Below, piece after piece: positions 27,320 to 40,170 of a DNA stretch of 42,067 nucleotides. Under the pieces are notes generated by a model that ran no database searches, was not told where the DNA came from, and saw only the letters and a program-made list of their open reading frames with translations. Location: positions 1 to 42,067 of the forward strand of contig CAXHJY010001496.1 of the NCBI GenBank assembly GCA_964016885.1. The letters run 5' to 3'. Each line of letters opens with the position of its first letter. Positions within the stretch are counted from its first letter, which is position 1. A program made the position numbers and the translations under genes. Source of the stretch: Eledone cirrhosa. Taxonomy: Eukaryota.

Positions 27320-28225
27320 TTGTGTGTGTGTGTGGGTAGTGTGTGTGTGTGTGTGGTAGTGTGTATGCATGTGTTAGTGTGTGTGTATGTGGTAGTGTGT
27401 GAGTATGTGATAGTGTGTGTGTGTGTTAGTGTCTATGTATGTGTTAGTGTGTGTGTATGTATGTAAGTGTTAGTGTATGTGTTAGTGTTAGTGTGTATGT
27501 GTGTGTTACTGTGTTAGTGTTAGTGTGTATGTGTGTGTGTATGTATTAGTGTGTTAGTGTGTGTGTTAGTGTGTATATGTGTTAGTATGTGTGTGTGTGT
27601 TAGTGTTAGTGTGTATGTATGTTAGTGTTAGTGTATGTATGTGATAGTGTGTGTGTGTGTTAGTGTCTATGTATGTGTTAGTGTGTGTGTATGTATGTAA
27701 GTGTTAGTGTGTGTGTGTATGTATGTGTTAGTGTGTGTGTATGTGTTAGTGTGTGAATGTGTGTGTTAGTGTGTATGTGTTAGTGTTAGTGTGTATGTGT
27801 GTGTTACTGTGTTAGTGTGTATGTGTTAGTGTGTGTGTATGTGTGTGTGTTAGTGTTAGTGTGTATGTATGTTAGTGTTACTGTGTTAGTGTGTATGTGT
27901 TAGTGTGTGTGTATGTATGTAAGTGTTAGTGTGTGTGTGTATGTATGTGTTAGTGTGTGTGTATGTGTTAGTGTGTGAATGTGTGTGTTAGTGTGTATGT
28001 GTTAGTGTTAGTGTGTATGTGTGTGTTACTGTGTTAGTGTGTATGTGTGTGTGTATGTGTTAGTGTTAGTGTGTATGTATGTTAGTGTTACTGTGTTAGT
28101 GTGTATGTGTGTGTGTATGTGTTAGTGTGTGTGTTAGTGTGTTAGTATGTGTGTTAGTGTTAGTGTGTATGTATGTTAGTGTTAGTGTATGTATGTGTTA
28201 GTGTGTTAGTGTGTGTTAGTGTCAG
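27320..28225. repeat. GT-rich compound microsatellite
   Basis: (GT)n interrupted by gttagt and gtat. Confidence 0.9.
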
Positions 28226-29245
28226 TGTTGATCTATTTGCTAGTAACAGGAATTAGAGAGACTACAATTTATTGTGATCAGATTAGCTGACAACAGATAT
28301 ATCACCAAAGACAGATTGTTGTGTGTCCATTCACTTGGTGTCTTCTTTGATGACAATGTGATGCTGGACTGGCATTGACGCAGCTGAATGTCACACATAC
28401 ACTCATACACATGCAGCCACATACATACACACACATACATACACACACACACATGCAGTCACACACACACATGCAGCCACATACATGCTCACACACACAC
28501 ATGCATGCCCACACATATGCACACAGACATGTACACACAGACATCACACGCACAAGCATACACATGCAGCCACGCACACACATTCAACCACAGACACACA
28601 CACACATACATGAACTCACACACAATCTCTCTCTCCCTCCGTCCCACCAACATCTCTCCCACCATCATCCCTCTCCTTCCGCTACACCGTCCATCGCTCC
28701 CTCGGTATCTTCCTTGCTCTCCTCTGATTCTGCTTCTCCCCTTGACAATGTCTCTTCCTTTACTGCTTGAAAAATTGCTGCAACTCGGAAACTTTATAGC
28801 AAGATCCTTGACAACTCGTGTTTAGAGAGTGACCTTCTATTAATTAATCTGTGGAGAGGAACGACAACAGATGGAGAAATAGGCAATTATTGTCAGCATT
28901 CACATGCATGAAACTGTGTGATATTTATGTGTGTATATATATATATATATGTGTGTGTGTATATATGTGTGTGTATATATGTGTGTATGCGTGTGTATAT
29001 ATATATGTGTGTCTGTGTATATGTACATATGTGTGTGTATGTATATACATATGTGTGCATGTGTGTGCATATATATATATGTGTGTGTATGTATATACAT
29101 ATGTGAGCGTGTGTGTGCATATATATATATATATGTGTGTATATATATGTGTGTGTGTATATATATATGTGTGCATATATATATGTGTATACATATATAT
29201 ATATATGTGTGCATGTGTGTGTATATATATATGTGTGTGTGTGTG

Positions 29246-29286
<41 letters not shown>

Positions 29287-29708
29287 ATGGCAAGGCATAT
29301 TGCTAAGATAGATATTAAAAAAAGTATTGTCAGTTGTTACTAAATGTGATCTGAAGGTCATGGTGAACATGTGATACTCAGTGACATGAAGGACCTTTCA
29401 AAATACAATAACCTAAAAGAAGGGAAAACCTCTTCCATTTTCTACTAGCTGAAATTCTTCCTGTCTTCAGACATATCCACATGTACCGGTACTGTATAAC
29501 CTACAACTGTTACCAATTATATACAAGTTTCTTTCTTGGGTTATTGTCTTCATCTTTGATATGTTATTGATACAACATTGCTGACAGTAATAAAACATAA
29601 AATATATTCCTTGTAAAGCAAACATTTAAGATTTTCAATAGATTTGAACCTAAGATCTCTGAACTGGAACTTCTATAACATCTTTTCTTTGTATTAAATT
29701 TACAATCT

Positions 29709-29826
29709 TCTGAGTTCAAATCCTACCGAAGTTAACTTTGCCTTTCATCCTTATGGGGTCGATAAAATAAAGTACCAGTAATACACTGGGATAATTGCTG
29801 GCCTTGTGCCAAAAGTAGAAACAATT
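29709..29826 (+). mobile_element. SINE family A, 5'-truncated
   Basis: tctgagttcaaatcc...gcctttcatccttatggggtcgataaaataaagtaccag...gccaaaagtagaaacaatta. Confidence 0.85.
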
Positions 29827-29859
29827 AAATTGACAATTTTCTTCATATGTAAATATATG

Positions 29860-30045
29860 TATGAAGGTCGGCTGAAAGGTTCATAGACTGACCAAGATGA
29901 ATGACCAAATGAGGTTTATTTTTCAACGTAGTCCCTAGAAAGATAGAATTATTAATAAGAGTTGAAATTTAATGCATGCAAGATTTCACAGCTCTAGCAT
30001 CACTCCTTCATAGTCATCCTATAAACTTTTAAGGTGACCCTCATA
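29860..30045. mobile_element. mariner-type MITE
   Basis: Imperfect TIRs TA-tgaaggtcggctgaaaggttcatagactgac / gtcatcctataaacttttaaggtgaccctca-TA; homologous copy at 26237-26405. Confidence 0.75.
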
Positions 30046-30927
30046 AAACAAAAAAATTGAAGATTTGCAATAGATTTGAACGTGGGATCTGTGAACAGGA
30101 AGTAGTATAAGTTATTTTCTTTGCATTAAATCTGCAATCTTCATATATACACATGTACAGCTCTGTGGACAAATCTAGAAACTGCTTATCTCAGTAATAA
30201 AACATAAGATATATTATAAAATAGAATCTTGATAAAATAATAATAATAATATATATAAACATCTTCAACAAAAGCTCTTCCTCCTTCAATATGTAAACAA
30301 TCATTGGAGCAACCATCCCTCCAAACAAACAGCCACTTCTTCTCAGCTTTTATCAATCTCAAAGTCTCATTGAAAATCTATTAGGTATTGTTTTGTTTTG
30401 TTACCATAATTCTGTGTTTATCATCTCATTACCTGTGAATAGCAGTCTAATTAGATGGCCGCCTTCGTCTGCTCCTTTCTTCTTCCAAGAGGGATTTACT
30501 AAGAAGCCAATTATTAAAATTGTTCTCTCTTTCTCTCTCTCCATAATTTTAAATACAATTTCTACTTTAATTTCTTTCCTTACTTTTGCTTTGTTTATTT
30601 TAATTTTATGTATATATATATATATTTTTTTTAATATGTTTTTTAAAATAATATTTTTTTAAAATAATATTTCAATCAGCTTTATATACCCCCCCCCCCT
30701 CCTTTGTGATAATTTTTGCCTTCATCACATTTTTCTTGTCTTACATTTCTCTTTTGTTTTCAATATCATTTTGTTTATATGTCCATCTGTTCTTCCTCTC
30801 ATCTTTCCTTCTACCTATCTTTCCTCACATCCACTCACGTATATTGTCCTCATCCTTTTTTACATTCATTTTTCCACGCTAGCATGGGTTGTCCTTCATG
30901 ACACAGACCCTTAACTTTTTAGTTTGG

Positions 30928-30962
<35 letters not shown>

Positions 30963-30966
<4 letters not shown>

Positions 30967-31053
30967 AGTCCCCAGCTCCATATAGATATATATATATATA
31001 TATATATATATACAGTAAGTCCCCAGCTCCATATATATATATATATATATCTA

Positions 31054-31096
<43 letters not shown>

Positions 31097-31144
31097 TAAG
31101 TCCCCAGCTCCATATATATATATATATATAGTAAGTCCCCAGCT

Positions 31145-31190
<46 letters not shown>

Positions 31191-31203
31191 TAAGTCCCCA
31201 GCT

Positions 31204-31267
<64 letters not shown>

Positions 31268-31280
31268 TAAGTCCCCAGCT

Positions 31281-31360
<80 letters not shown>

Positions 31361-31458
31361 TAAGTCCCCAGCTCCATATATATATATATATATATATATA
31401 TACAGTAAGTCCCCAGCTCCATATATATATATATATATATGGAGCTGGGGACTTACTG
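30963..31458. repeat. Fixed 18-19-mer interspaced by (TA)n, with an inverted last copy
   Basis: (c)agtaagtccccagctcca x8 direct, then tggagctggggacttactg at 31440-31458. Confidence 0.93.
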
Positions 31459-31540
31459 TATATATATATATATATTTTATCCCAGGTTCAATCGGGGGTA
31501 ACCACAGTAAGTAAGGTACTCAATACATAGCAGAGTATAA

Positions 31541-31660
31541 ATATTTAATACAGAAATGGCTTCTACAGGACTAAAACTGTTTCATTCAAAGGGCTTTCCT
31601 GCTGATTTCCTTTGAATGAAACAGTTCTAGTCCTGTAGAAGCCATTTCTATATCAAATAT
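31541..31660. repeat. Inverted repeat (~52-bp arms, 3 mismatches, 16-nt loop), probably PLE-derived
   Basis: agaaatggcttctacaggactaaaactgtttcattcaaagg (31552-31592) / cctttgaatgaaacagttctagtcctgtagaagccatttct (31609-31649). Confidence 0.9.
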
Positions 31661-31748
31661 ATATATAAGTATCCAACTTACAACCAGTTTTGTTTCCAAC
31701 AAGCTGTTCATTAGTAGGTCATATTTTAGAGAAAAATTCATGTGGTAT

Positions 31749-31896
31749 ATAGTTACATCCCTTTATGTTGTGAATTCAAATTTTACTGAGGTTAGCTTTG
31801 TCTTTCATCTTTACAGGGTTAATAAAATAAAGTACCAGTAACATACTGGAGTCAATTTAATCAACTTTCCCCTCACTTGTGTCTAAATCAGAAACT
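31749..31896 (+). mobile_element. SINE family A, diverged long variant
   Basis: atagttacatcccttta...gaggttagctttgtctttcatctttacagggttaataaaataaagtaccagtaa...ctaaatcagaaac. Confidence 0.7.
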
Positions 31897-32303
31897 GTTG
31901 TTGTTTTTAATATTGTTTTTGAATGGCAGAATTGTGTCTCTCTTATATTCTCAGTGAGTTCAAATCCCAGCTGTTGATACAATAGTATTAGTATTGTACT
32001 AAAATTGTTTTACTGGTCTGTTTCATCTCCCCCACTCCAGAATGTGTAGCCTCATAACCTCTTATGTTAGAAATAATCATTATTACGATGATGATGATGA
32101 TGTTAATTAATTAGATACAAAAGAGGAGGGAGGGGGGTTGCTATTGTCAATTGAATTACATATTGGCTGTACTCTAATCAGATCTTTTATAACAACAATA
32201 CAACCTGAGCTTGAAAGGAGGGATGGAAGTTGATGAAGGAAGAATAGAAATTAGAGAAAGAAGAAGATGTGGGCAAACTGCCCATGTAAACAAAACCTTG
32301 TGT

Positions 32304-32829
32304 CAGACAGAAGCAGCTCTCCAGCTCGGACAGAAGCATCTTTCCAGCTCGGAGAGAAGCAGCTCTCCAGCTCGGACAGAAGCAGCTCTCCAGCTCGGAC
32401 AGAAGCAGCTCTCCAGTCCAGATGGAAGGAGCTCTCCAGTCCAGACGGAAGGAGCTCTCCACCTCTTCTATGTTAGCACAGAAGCAGCTCTCCAGCTCGG
32501 ACAGAAGCAGCTCTCCAGCTCGGACAGAAGCAGCTCTCCAGCTCGGACAGAAGCATCTTTCCAGCTCAGATAGAAGCAGCTTTCCAGCTCGGACAGAAGC
32601 AGCTCTCCAGCCCAGACGGAAGGAGCTCTCCACCTCTTCTATGTTAGCACAGAAGCAGCTCTCCAGCTCAGACAGAAGCAGCTCTCCAGCTCGGACAGAA
32701 GCATCTTTCCAGCTCGGACAGAAGCATCTTCCAGTTCAGACAGAAGCAGCTCTCCAGCTCGGACAGAAGCAGCTCTCCAGCTCGGACAGTAACAACTCTC
32801 CAGCTCAGACAGAAGCAGATCTCCAGCTC
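32304..32829. repeat. 23-bp minisatellite with higher-order variants
   Basis: Unit cagaagcagctctccagctcgga; interruption cacctcttctatgttagca occurs twice. Confidence 0.93.
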
Positions 32830-32944
32830 TTCTCTGTTCACCCTGTCTGTATTTGGAGGTGTGTGTGTGTTTCAGGGCATTTTTGTATCATACTATTTAA
32901 AAAGTGGGTTATATGTTTACTGATAGCAATGGGTGTGTACTGTG

Positions 32945-33183
32945 TGTGATGTATATACATGTGGTGTATATACATGTGGTGTATATACATGTGATGTATA
33001 TACATGTGGTGTATATACATGTGTCTTTATGTGTGGTGTATATACATGTAGGTGTATATACATGTGTGGTGTATATACATGTAGGTGTATATACATGTGT
33101 AGTGTATATACATGTAGGTGTATATTACATGTGTGGTGTATATACATGTGTGGTGTATATACATGTGGTGTATATACATGTGT
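32945..33183. repeat. 15-17-nt repeat
   Basis: gtgtatatacatgtg variants. Confidence 0.88.
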
Positions 33184-33223
33184 GCATTCTTTGTACCCCA
33201 CTATCCCTTGCATATTATTTACT

Positions 33224-33409
33224 GGTGGATTGGCAGTATCGGTAGAGGGTCGGACGCCATGCTTTCCAGCATAGTTACGTCCCTTTATGATCTGAGTTCA
33301 AATCCCGCCGAGGTTGACTTTGCCTTTCATCCTTACGGGGTCGATAAAATAAAGTACCAGTAATGCACTGGGGTATTTGCTGGCCTTGTGCCAAAAGTAG
33401 AAACAATTA
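33224..33409 (+). mobile_element. SINE family A, short variant
   Basis: Nearly identical to 9401-9585; A box tggcagtatcgg, B box gagttcaaatcc. Confidence 0.9.
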
Positions 33410-33714
33410 TTTACTGTAATCACTCTCTCTATCTCTGTCATATATATTTTATCCTCTCTCTCTACTCTTGTCTCTCCATCTCTGTTTCGTTCTCCCCTCC
33501 CCCTCTCAATCTCTTCTCTCCCACTCCCACCCATATATCCCTGTATATCTGAGTTTCATCACTTACCCCCACCCACCGTCTCTTTTAACCCCCCTCCTCC
33601 TCTCCCCCATACCACTTTTTGCTGGTTTGTCTGTTTCCCCACTTCCCCCACCACCACCACTTCCATTATGATCATGTTAATGATGTATACTCCCCTCCCC
33701 CATCACACTCTCAC

Positions 33715-34115
33715 CCACCACCACCACAACAGTACACCACCACCACACTACACCACCACACTACACCACACCACCACCACACTACACCACCACCACACTA
33801 CACCACCACACTACACCACACCACCACCACACTACACCACCACCACACTACACCACTACACTACACCACACCACCACAACACTACACCACCACCACACTA
33901 CACCACTACATTACCACCACACTACACCACCACCACACTACACCACTACATTACCACCACACTACACCACCACCACACTACACCACTACATTACAACACC
34001 AACACCACACTACACCACCACCACACTACACCACCACCACACTACACCACCACCACACTACACCACTGCCTTACAACACCAACACCACACTACACCACCA
34101 CCACCACACTACAAC
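33715..34115. repeat. CAC-rich repeat
   Basis: ctacaccaccaccacaca units. Confidence 0.9.
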
Positions 34116-34296
34116 ACTAGCAACTTCACTACTACTATCATCACAACATCAGTAACCTCTCCACCTCACACCTGCCATCTCCTCCCCTCCATATGCAACA
34201 AACCACTGCACCACTCCGCCATGTAATATTCTCCTCCACCCCAATCATATTTCTGTTCCGTTCCTTTAATGTTCTAATGTGGGTGATGGAGGTATA

Positions 34297-34692
34297 GTGG
34301 TGGTGGTAGTAGTAGTATTAGTGGTGGTGGTGGTGGTGGTGGTGGTAGTGGTAGTAGTAGCAGTGGTGGTGGTGGTGGTGGTAGTAGTAGCACTAGTAGC
34401 AGTGGTGGTGGTAGTAGTAGTATTAGTGGTGGTGGTGGTGGTGGTAGTAGTAGTATTAGTAGTAGTGGTAGTAGTAGTGGTGGTGGTGGTAGTGGTAGCA
34501 GTGGTGGTGGTAGTAGTAGTAGTGGTGGTGGTGGTAGTGGTAGTATTAGTGGTAGTGGTGGTAGTAGCAGTGGTGGTGGTAGTGGGAGTATCAGTGGTGG
34601 TGGTGGTAGTAGTAGTAGCGGTAGTGGTAGTAGCAGCAGTGGTGGTGAGAGTGGTAGTGGTGGTGGTGGTAGTGGGAGTAGCAGTGGTGGTG
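34297..34692. repeat. (GGT/AGT)n triplet repeat
   Basis: Alternating GGT and AGT runs. Confidence 0.9.
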
Positions 34693-34851
34693 GACCCACC
34701 ATATTTATCAATGCCAGGACCGGGTGTATCTCAGAGTACTCAATAGGTAATGTAAGACACATTCCCAGAGTATACACATAGTTACTAGCTTCAATACAAC
34801 ACAACACACGTAAAACGGGTATATATATGTATACAGACGTACAGTAGTATG

Positions 34852-34883
<32 letters not shown>

Positions 34884-35233
34884 TATATATATGTACGTCT
34901 GGTCTGTATACATATATATATATATACGTATGGTCTGTATACATATGTGTATGTACGTATACATACTTATATTTAAGTAACAGCCGTACTCAGAGTGAAA
35001 AATGAAATTTCGTTTCATTTTTCCGTTTATATGTATATATATATATATATATATATTCATATACACACATGCATATATGATGTATACTTACGTGTATGTT
35101 TACGAGGTTATATATAGATAATTATTGATGTGTGTGTGTGTGTTTATATCTGCAAACCCTTTCTAAAATGTTTTTATATACACCCAACATATGATATATA
35201 TTATATGTATATTTATAGGCATAAATGCATGCA

Positions 35234-35272
<39 letters not shown>

Positions 35273-35389
35273 CCGTTTTTACATATAAATGTCCATGTAT
35301 GTTACGTATGTGTGTGTATGTGTATATACAACTGTTGTTGATTTTGTTGCTGCTGTTTGAAATGCACACAATAATAAATTTATATATAT

Positions 35390-35500
<111 letters not shown>

Positions 35501-35599
35501 TATTTGTGTGCATGCAAATTATACATGAGTATATATTTGAATATATGCAGGACTGACACAGTTTTTTTCAAGTGTGTATATACATTATATATATATATA

Positions 35600-35659
35600 T
35601 ATATGTGTGTGTATATATGTTTGTATATATAATTGTGTGTGTGTGTATATATATGTTTG

Positions 35660-35690
<31 letters not shown>

Positions 35691-36191
35691 ATATATGTGT
35701 GTGTGTATATATGTTTGTATATATAATTGTGTGTGTGTATATATGTTTGTATATATATGTGTGTATATATAATTGTGTGTGTGTGTATATATGTTTGTAT
35801 ATATAATTGTGTGTGTGTGTATATATGTTTGTATATATAATTGTGTGTATATATGTTTGTATATATAATTGTGTGTATATGTTTGTATATATATATGTGT
35901 GTATATGTTTGTATATATAATTGTGTGTGTATATATGTTTGTATATATAATTGTGTGTGTGTATATATATGTTTGTATATATATATATATGTGTGTGTGT
36001 GTATATATGTTTGTATATATAATTGTGTGTGTGTATATATGTTTGTATATATATGTGTGTGTGTGTATGTGTGTGTATATATATGTTTGTATATATAATT
36101 GTGTGTGTATGTGTGTATATATGTTTGTATATATAATTGTGTGTGTGTGTATATATGTTTGTATATATAATTGTGTGTGTGTATATATGTT

Positions 36192-36238
<47 letters not shown>

Positions 36239-36270
36239 ATATATATGTTTGTATATATGTGTGTGTGTGT
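35600..36270. repeat. Microsatellite-derived minisatellite
   Basis: atgtttgtatatataatt(gt)n repeated. Confidence 0.88.
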
Positions 36271-36418
36271 GTTGTATGAAATAGAGTATAATTGTAGACA
36301 ATAATCAATAAACTGGGTGTTATACTCCAGATATTATGATGTATGTATATAATCTGATGTATATACACATGTATATATATAGTGTGTATATGTTTGTATA
36401 ATTATTTACCATTACATA

Positions 36419-36555
36419 ACATAGTTACGTCCCTTTACGATCTGAGTTCAAATCCCACCGAGGTTAAGTTTTTGCCTTTCATCCTTACGGGGTCGATAAA
36501 ATAAAGTACCAGTAATGCACTGGGGTAATTGGTGGCCTTGTGCCAAAAGTAGAAA
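36419..36555 (+). mobile_element. SINE family A, 5'-truncated
   Basis: Begins at catagttacgtccctttacgatctgagttcaaatcc and runs to ggccttgtgccaaaagtagaaa. Confidence 0.85.
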
Positions 36556-36622
36556 TATATATATATAAATGAAAGGTATAGAAAGTATTGTAGCAAGAAG
36601 CCAACAGTATTCCATAATATAT

Positions 36623-36700
36623 ATATTGTTATACTTTGGGAGGGTCATGTTGCCAATAAGAAACACACTGGTGCATGACCCTCCCAAAGTATAACAATAT
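36623..36700. repeat. Perfect 27-bp inverted repeat with 24-nt loop
   Basis: atattgttatactttgggagggtcatg (36623-36649) / catgaccctcccaaagtataacaatat (36674-36700). Confidence 0.92.
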
Positions 36701-36754
36701 CGGTTTCAACACACGATTTCAGATAAAGAATCTTGCTAAACAAATTCAGAAACG

Positions 36755-36792
<38 letters not shown>

Positions 36793-36866
36793 TAAAGAAA
36801 ACGAAAAATCAGTGATGCATCTGGACTCAATTTATTGCGTGTTACAATTGTTTCGCCGGCAGGTAG

Positions 36867-36946
<80 letters not shown>

Positions 36947-37453
36947 ATATATATATATATTAGACTAAATCTAATGACTGTTCTTTACATGTTTCAATTG
37001 AACTCCACTCACCTCCCCACCCTACCCCACCAATACTGTTCATGTTTCAATTTGGGTGGAGGGTGGGGGTAGGTGATTATACTGTTGGTGGGGAGGTTGT
37101 AGTGTCTTTGATGATGGTGGTGGTGTTGTGGTGTCTTTGATGGTGGTTGTGGTGTGGTGTGCTGTTGTTAGTGGTGTGGAGGTGGTGGTGGTGTGGTGTC
37201 GGTGTTGGTAGCACCGTGCTGTTGTTGGTGGTGGTGTGGTGGCGGTTAGGTAGGTAGGTTTTGGTTTGGTTCCATGAACACAGTAGTGGGGACTTATAGG
37301 TCTAGGGTGGGGGTGTGAGGATGACAGTGGTGGGGGTGGGGACTTGATAGAGATACGCCTGATGTCTCTAGGGACACAACAAAAACGAATGCATGTGAAT
37401 ACACACACATATATATATATGTATATACATATATATATATATGTATATGTGTA

Positions 37454-37495
<42 letters not shown>

Positions 37496-37507
37496 CATAC
37501 ATACACC

Positions 37508-37546
<39 letters not shown>

Positions 37547-38262
37547 TTATTTCCATAGACAGAGAGAAAGCAATAATAGAGTAGTGTGAACAAGAAGGAC
37601 AATAAAAAGAGAAGAAATAGTTTAGTTGTGACATGGTATGAGGTCATCAACCAACCTGTAGAGTTATACCACAATATAATATTGGTAAACAGTATGTACT
37701 GTTTACTCCCAGAAGTTCATATAGTACAGCTTACAGGTAGATAAAGGTGAGAGACACTAAACTAACAATTCTTGATTGGAACATTCATAAACAAAATACA
37801 AGGTTTGAGTTAGCATGTAAAATTAGTGTTGTGGATGTGATTGTGTTTGGAAAGTGAACAACGTAATACGTATGTTTGTGATGTAGTTACTAGTCCGTGT
37901 GTGTCACATGTGGTGTGAAGTAATAACTGATCCATTTGTGTGTCACATGTGGTGTATTGTAGTAACTAGTCCATTAGTACATATGGTGTGAAGTGTCAAC
38001 GAGAAATGTTAGTGAGATTTGAGAAGGGAAATCAACATAATGTACTCAGCTAATCAATGTCCATCATTTAACAGAAATGTGATTTATATCTAAAACTATA
38101 AAACTACTTAAAACCAAAATAGACAGTAGCTGATCCTTTGTTCAGACAGAGAGAGTCTGATTGTTTGAGCTGGCAGAGAAAGACAGAAAGTCTGGCTCCT
38201 GCGAGAGAGAGACAGAGATGGCCTGATTCCTTATTTTGGTAGAGAGAGACAGAAATAGTAGT

Positions 38263-38430
38263 CATCATCATCATCATCGTTTAACGTCCATCTTCCACAC
38301 TAGCATGTGGAATTTTCCCACTTGAGGCAAGAGTGGTTTCTTGCTCGTATAGGAATGTCTGGCAGGGTTTTCTACGGCTGGATACCCTTCCTAACACCAA
38401 CCACGTTTACAGTGTGGACTGGGAGGTTTT
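38263..38430 (-). mobile_element. SINE 3' module with RTE-like tail
   Basis: (CAT)n cgtttaacgtccatcttccacactagcatg ... tctacggctggatacccttcctaacaccaacc. Confidence 0.7.
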
Positions 38431-38889
38431 TTGTCGTGACACCTACACGACCTCATTTGTTTCGGCCTGGATGTTGTGGTACCAACATAACTTCTAGTGA
38501 GTTCAGTATCCTAACTTGATAAATAGGACAGCTGATAAGAGCAGGTTTAATACAAAAATTAAGTTTCCATGTTAGCAACTTTTGAGTGACTCATGTAGTA
38601 GAAAGACACATCAGAAATGTCTGTTCCAGTTGCTAAGGGACGGCTTTTCTTCTTAATTTACTTTCGCCCTTTTTTTTTTTTTTTTTAATCTGTTATATAG
38701 AAAACTGTTTTCTATTTCGGGTTTTTGGGGGTTTTTTACACCCTGAAATGACTATATTCTTAAATGTTGAAGATTTACAAATAGTTCAAATAGGTTATAT
38801 GTTATTTCCCAGCAGTTTGGTGTTCTTATGTAGTAAGACATGTACAGATCATGTTCCAATGTATTTACTTCTGTTTCTCCCACTCTCTT

Positions 38890-39290
38890 CCCCCCACCTC
38901 TCTCTCTCAACCTCTCCCACCTCTCTCTCAACCTCTCCCACCTCTCTCTCAACCTCTCCCACCTCTCTCTCAACCTCTCCCACTTCTCTCTCAACCTCTC
39001 CCACTCTCCTTCCACCTCTCTCTCACTCTCAACCTCTCCCACCTCTCAACCTCTCCCCACCCTCTCAACCTCTCCCCACCCTCTCCCACCTCTCAACCTC
39101 TCCCCACCCTCTCCCACCTCTCTCTCCCACCTCTCTCACCTCTCTCAACCTCTCTCACCTCTCTCTCAACCTCTCTCTCCTCCAACCTCTCTCTCCCCTC
39201 TCTCTCTCTCCCTCTCTCCCCTCTCTCTCTCCCCCCCTCTCTCTCTCGCTCTCTCTCTCTCCCACCTCTGCCCCTCCCCCTCTCTCTCCT
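38890..39290. repeat. Polypyrimidine minisatellite
   Basis: ctctctcaacctctcccacct 21-nt units decaying into (CT)n. Confidence 0.88.
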
Positions 39291-40170
39291 CATCATCTCA
39301 GTCTATCCACATCTCAGTCTTTGAAGGAAATGTTCACCCCTCCCCTCACCTCTTTCCCCCCATTTATTCTCTCATCATCACCACATACTACTACTACTAC
39401 TATCACTACCACCACCACCAACACTACCACTACTACCACCACCACCACTACCACTACTACCACCACCACCACTACTACTACCACCACCACTACTACTACC
39501 ACCACTACCACTACTACTACCACCACTACAGTATGTAATGTAAACTAATTTGTGTGTTGGTTGAGTTTAGTTGGTGCAAAGATTTAATTAAAGTGTTAAT
39601 AAGATTTCATTAGAGTCGTTTGCTGCTAAATAATTTAATAAGTCAACCAGGAATTTAGTTAGTTGCTACATTATGTTGTTAATTAGTTAACTACTTGGTA
39701 AAGTCGTTAGTTATTTACTTTTTGCTAGTCTATCGGGTTAAATGAGCTAAAAAAATGAATAATTATACTTATTCGGGTATACAATTTTGGGTGCACCCTG
39801 TATATATATATATATATATACATATATACACACATAATAATGTATATTTAATAGTGTTGTATAAAGCTGTTTCATGTGTTTATATTTGTCAGTGTTTTCT
39901 TTATTTACTTATTAAATCTGATGTTTTTATGCAAAACATAGTATTAATAGTTTCATAAGTCAATATTTTAACAGCTTTCGTTTGTTATAATTGCTGTATT
40001 TTGTTAGGAAACAACTGCAGCAGATTCTAGCTAGTGGCAGTCTTATTGTTTAGCTCTCGTAGATCTTTTTATCAAAGACATTCCATCAGTTTTTGTGTTT
40101 TTGTTTTAGACATAGCATGTGTCTAGGACTGCATTATCTGATATCTTCTTTACACTGTATTACTGTATCT

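Noticed and set aside
27320-28225. Telomere-like repeat
   Set aside because: The motif is gttagt within (GT)n, not TTAGGG or TTAGG arrays.
29350-29448. Peptide EGHGEHVILSD faintly like a plexin cytoplasmic segment
   Set aside because: In-frame stop, no splice sites, and intervening plexin exons are absent.
30963-31458. CRISPR-like repeat/spacer appearance (also 19158-19441 and 23082-23935)
   Set aside because: Spacers are microsatellites of variable length, repeats are too short, there are no cas genes and the context is eukaryotic.
32187-32949. ORFs over the GC-richer 23-bp array
   Set aside because: Unit length is not a multiple of 3, so peptides cycle frames.
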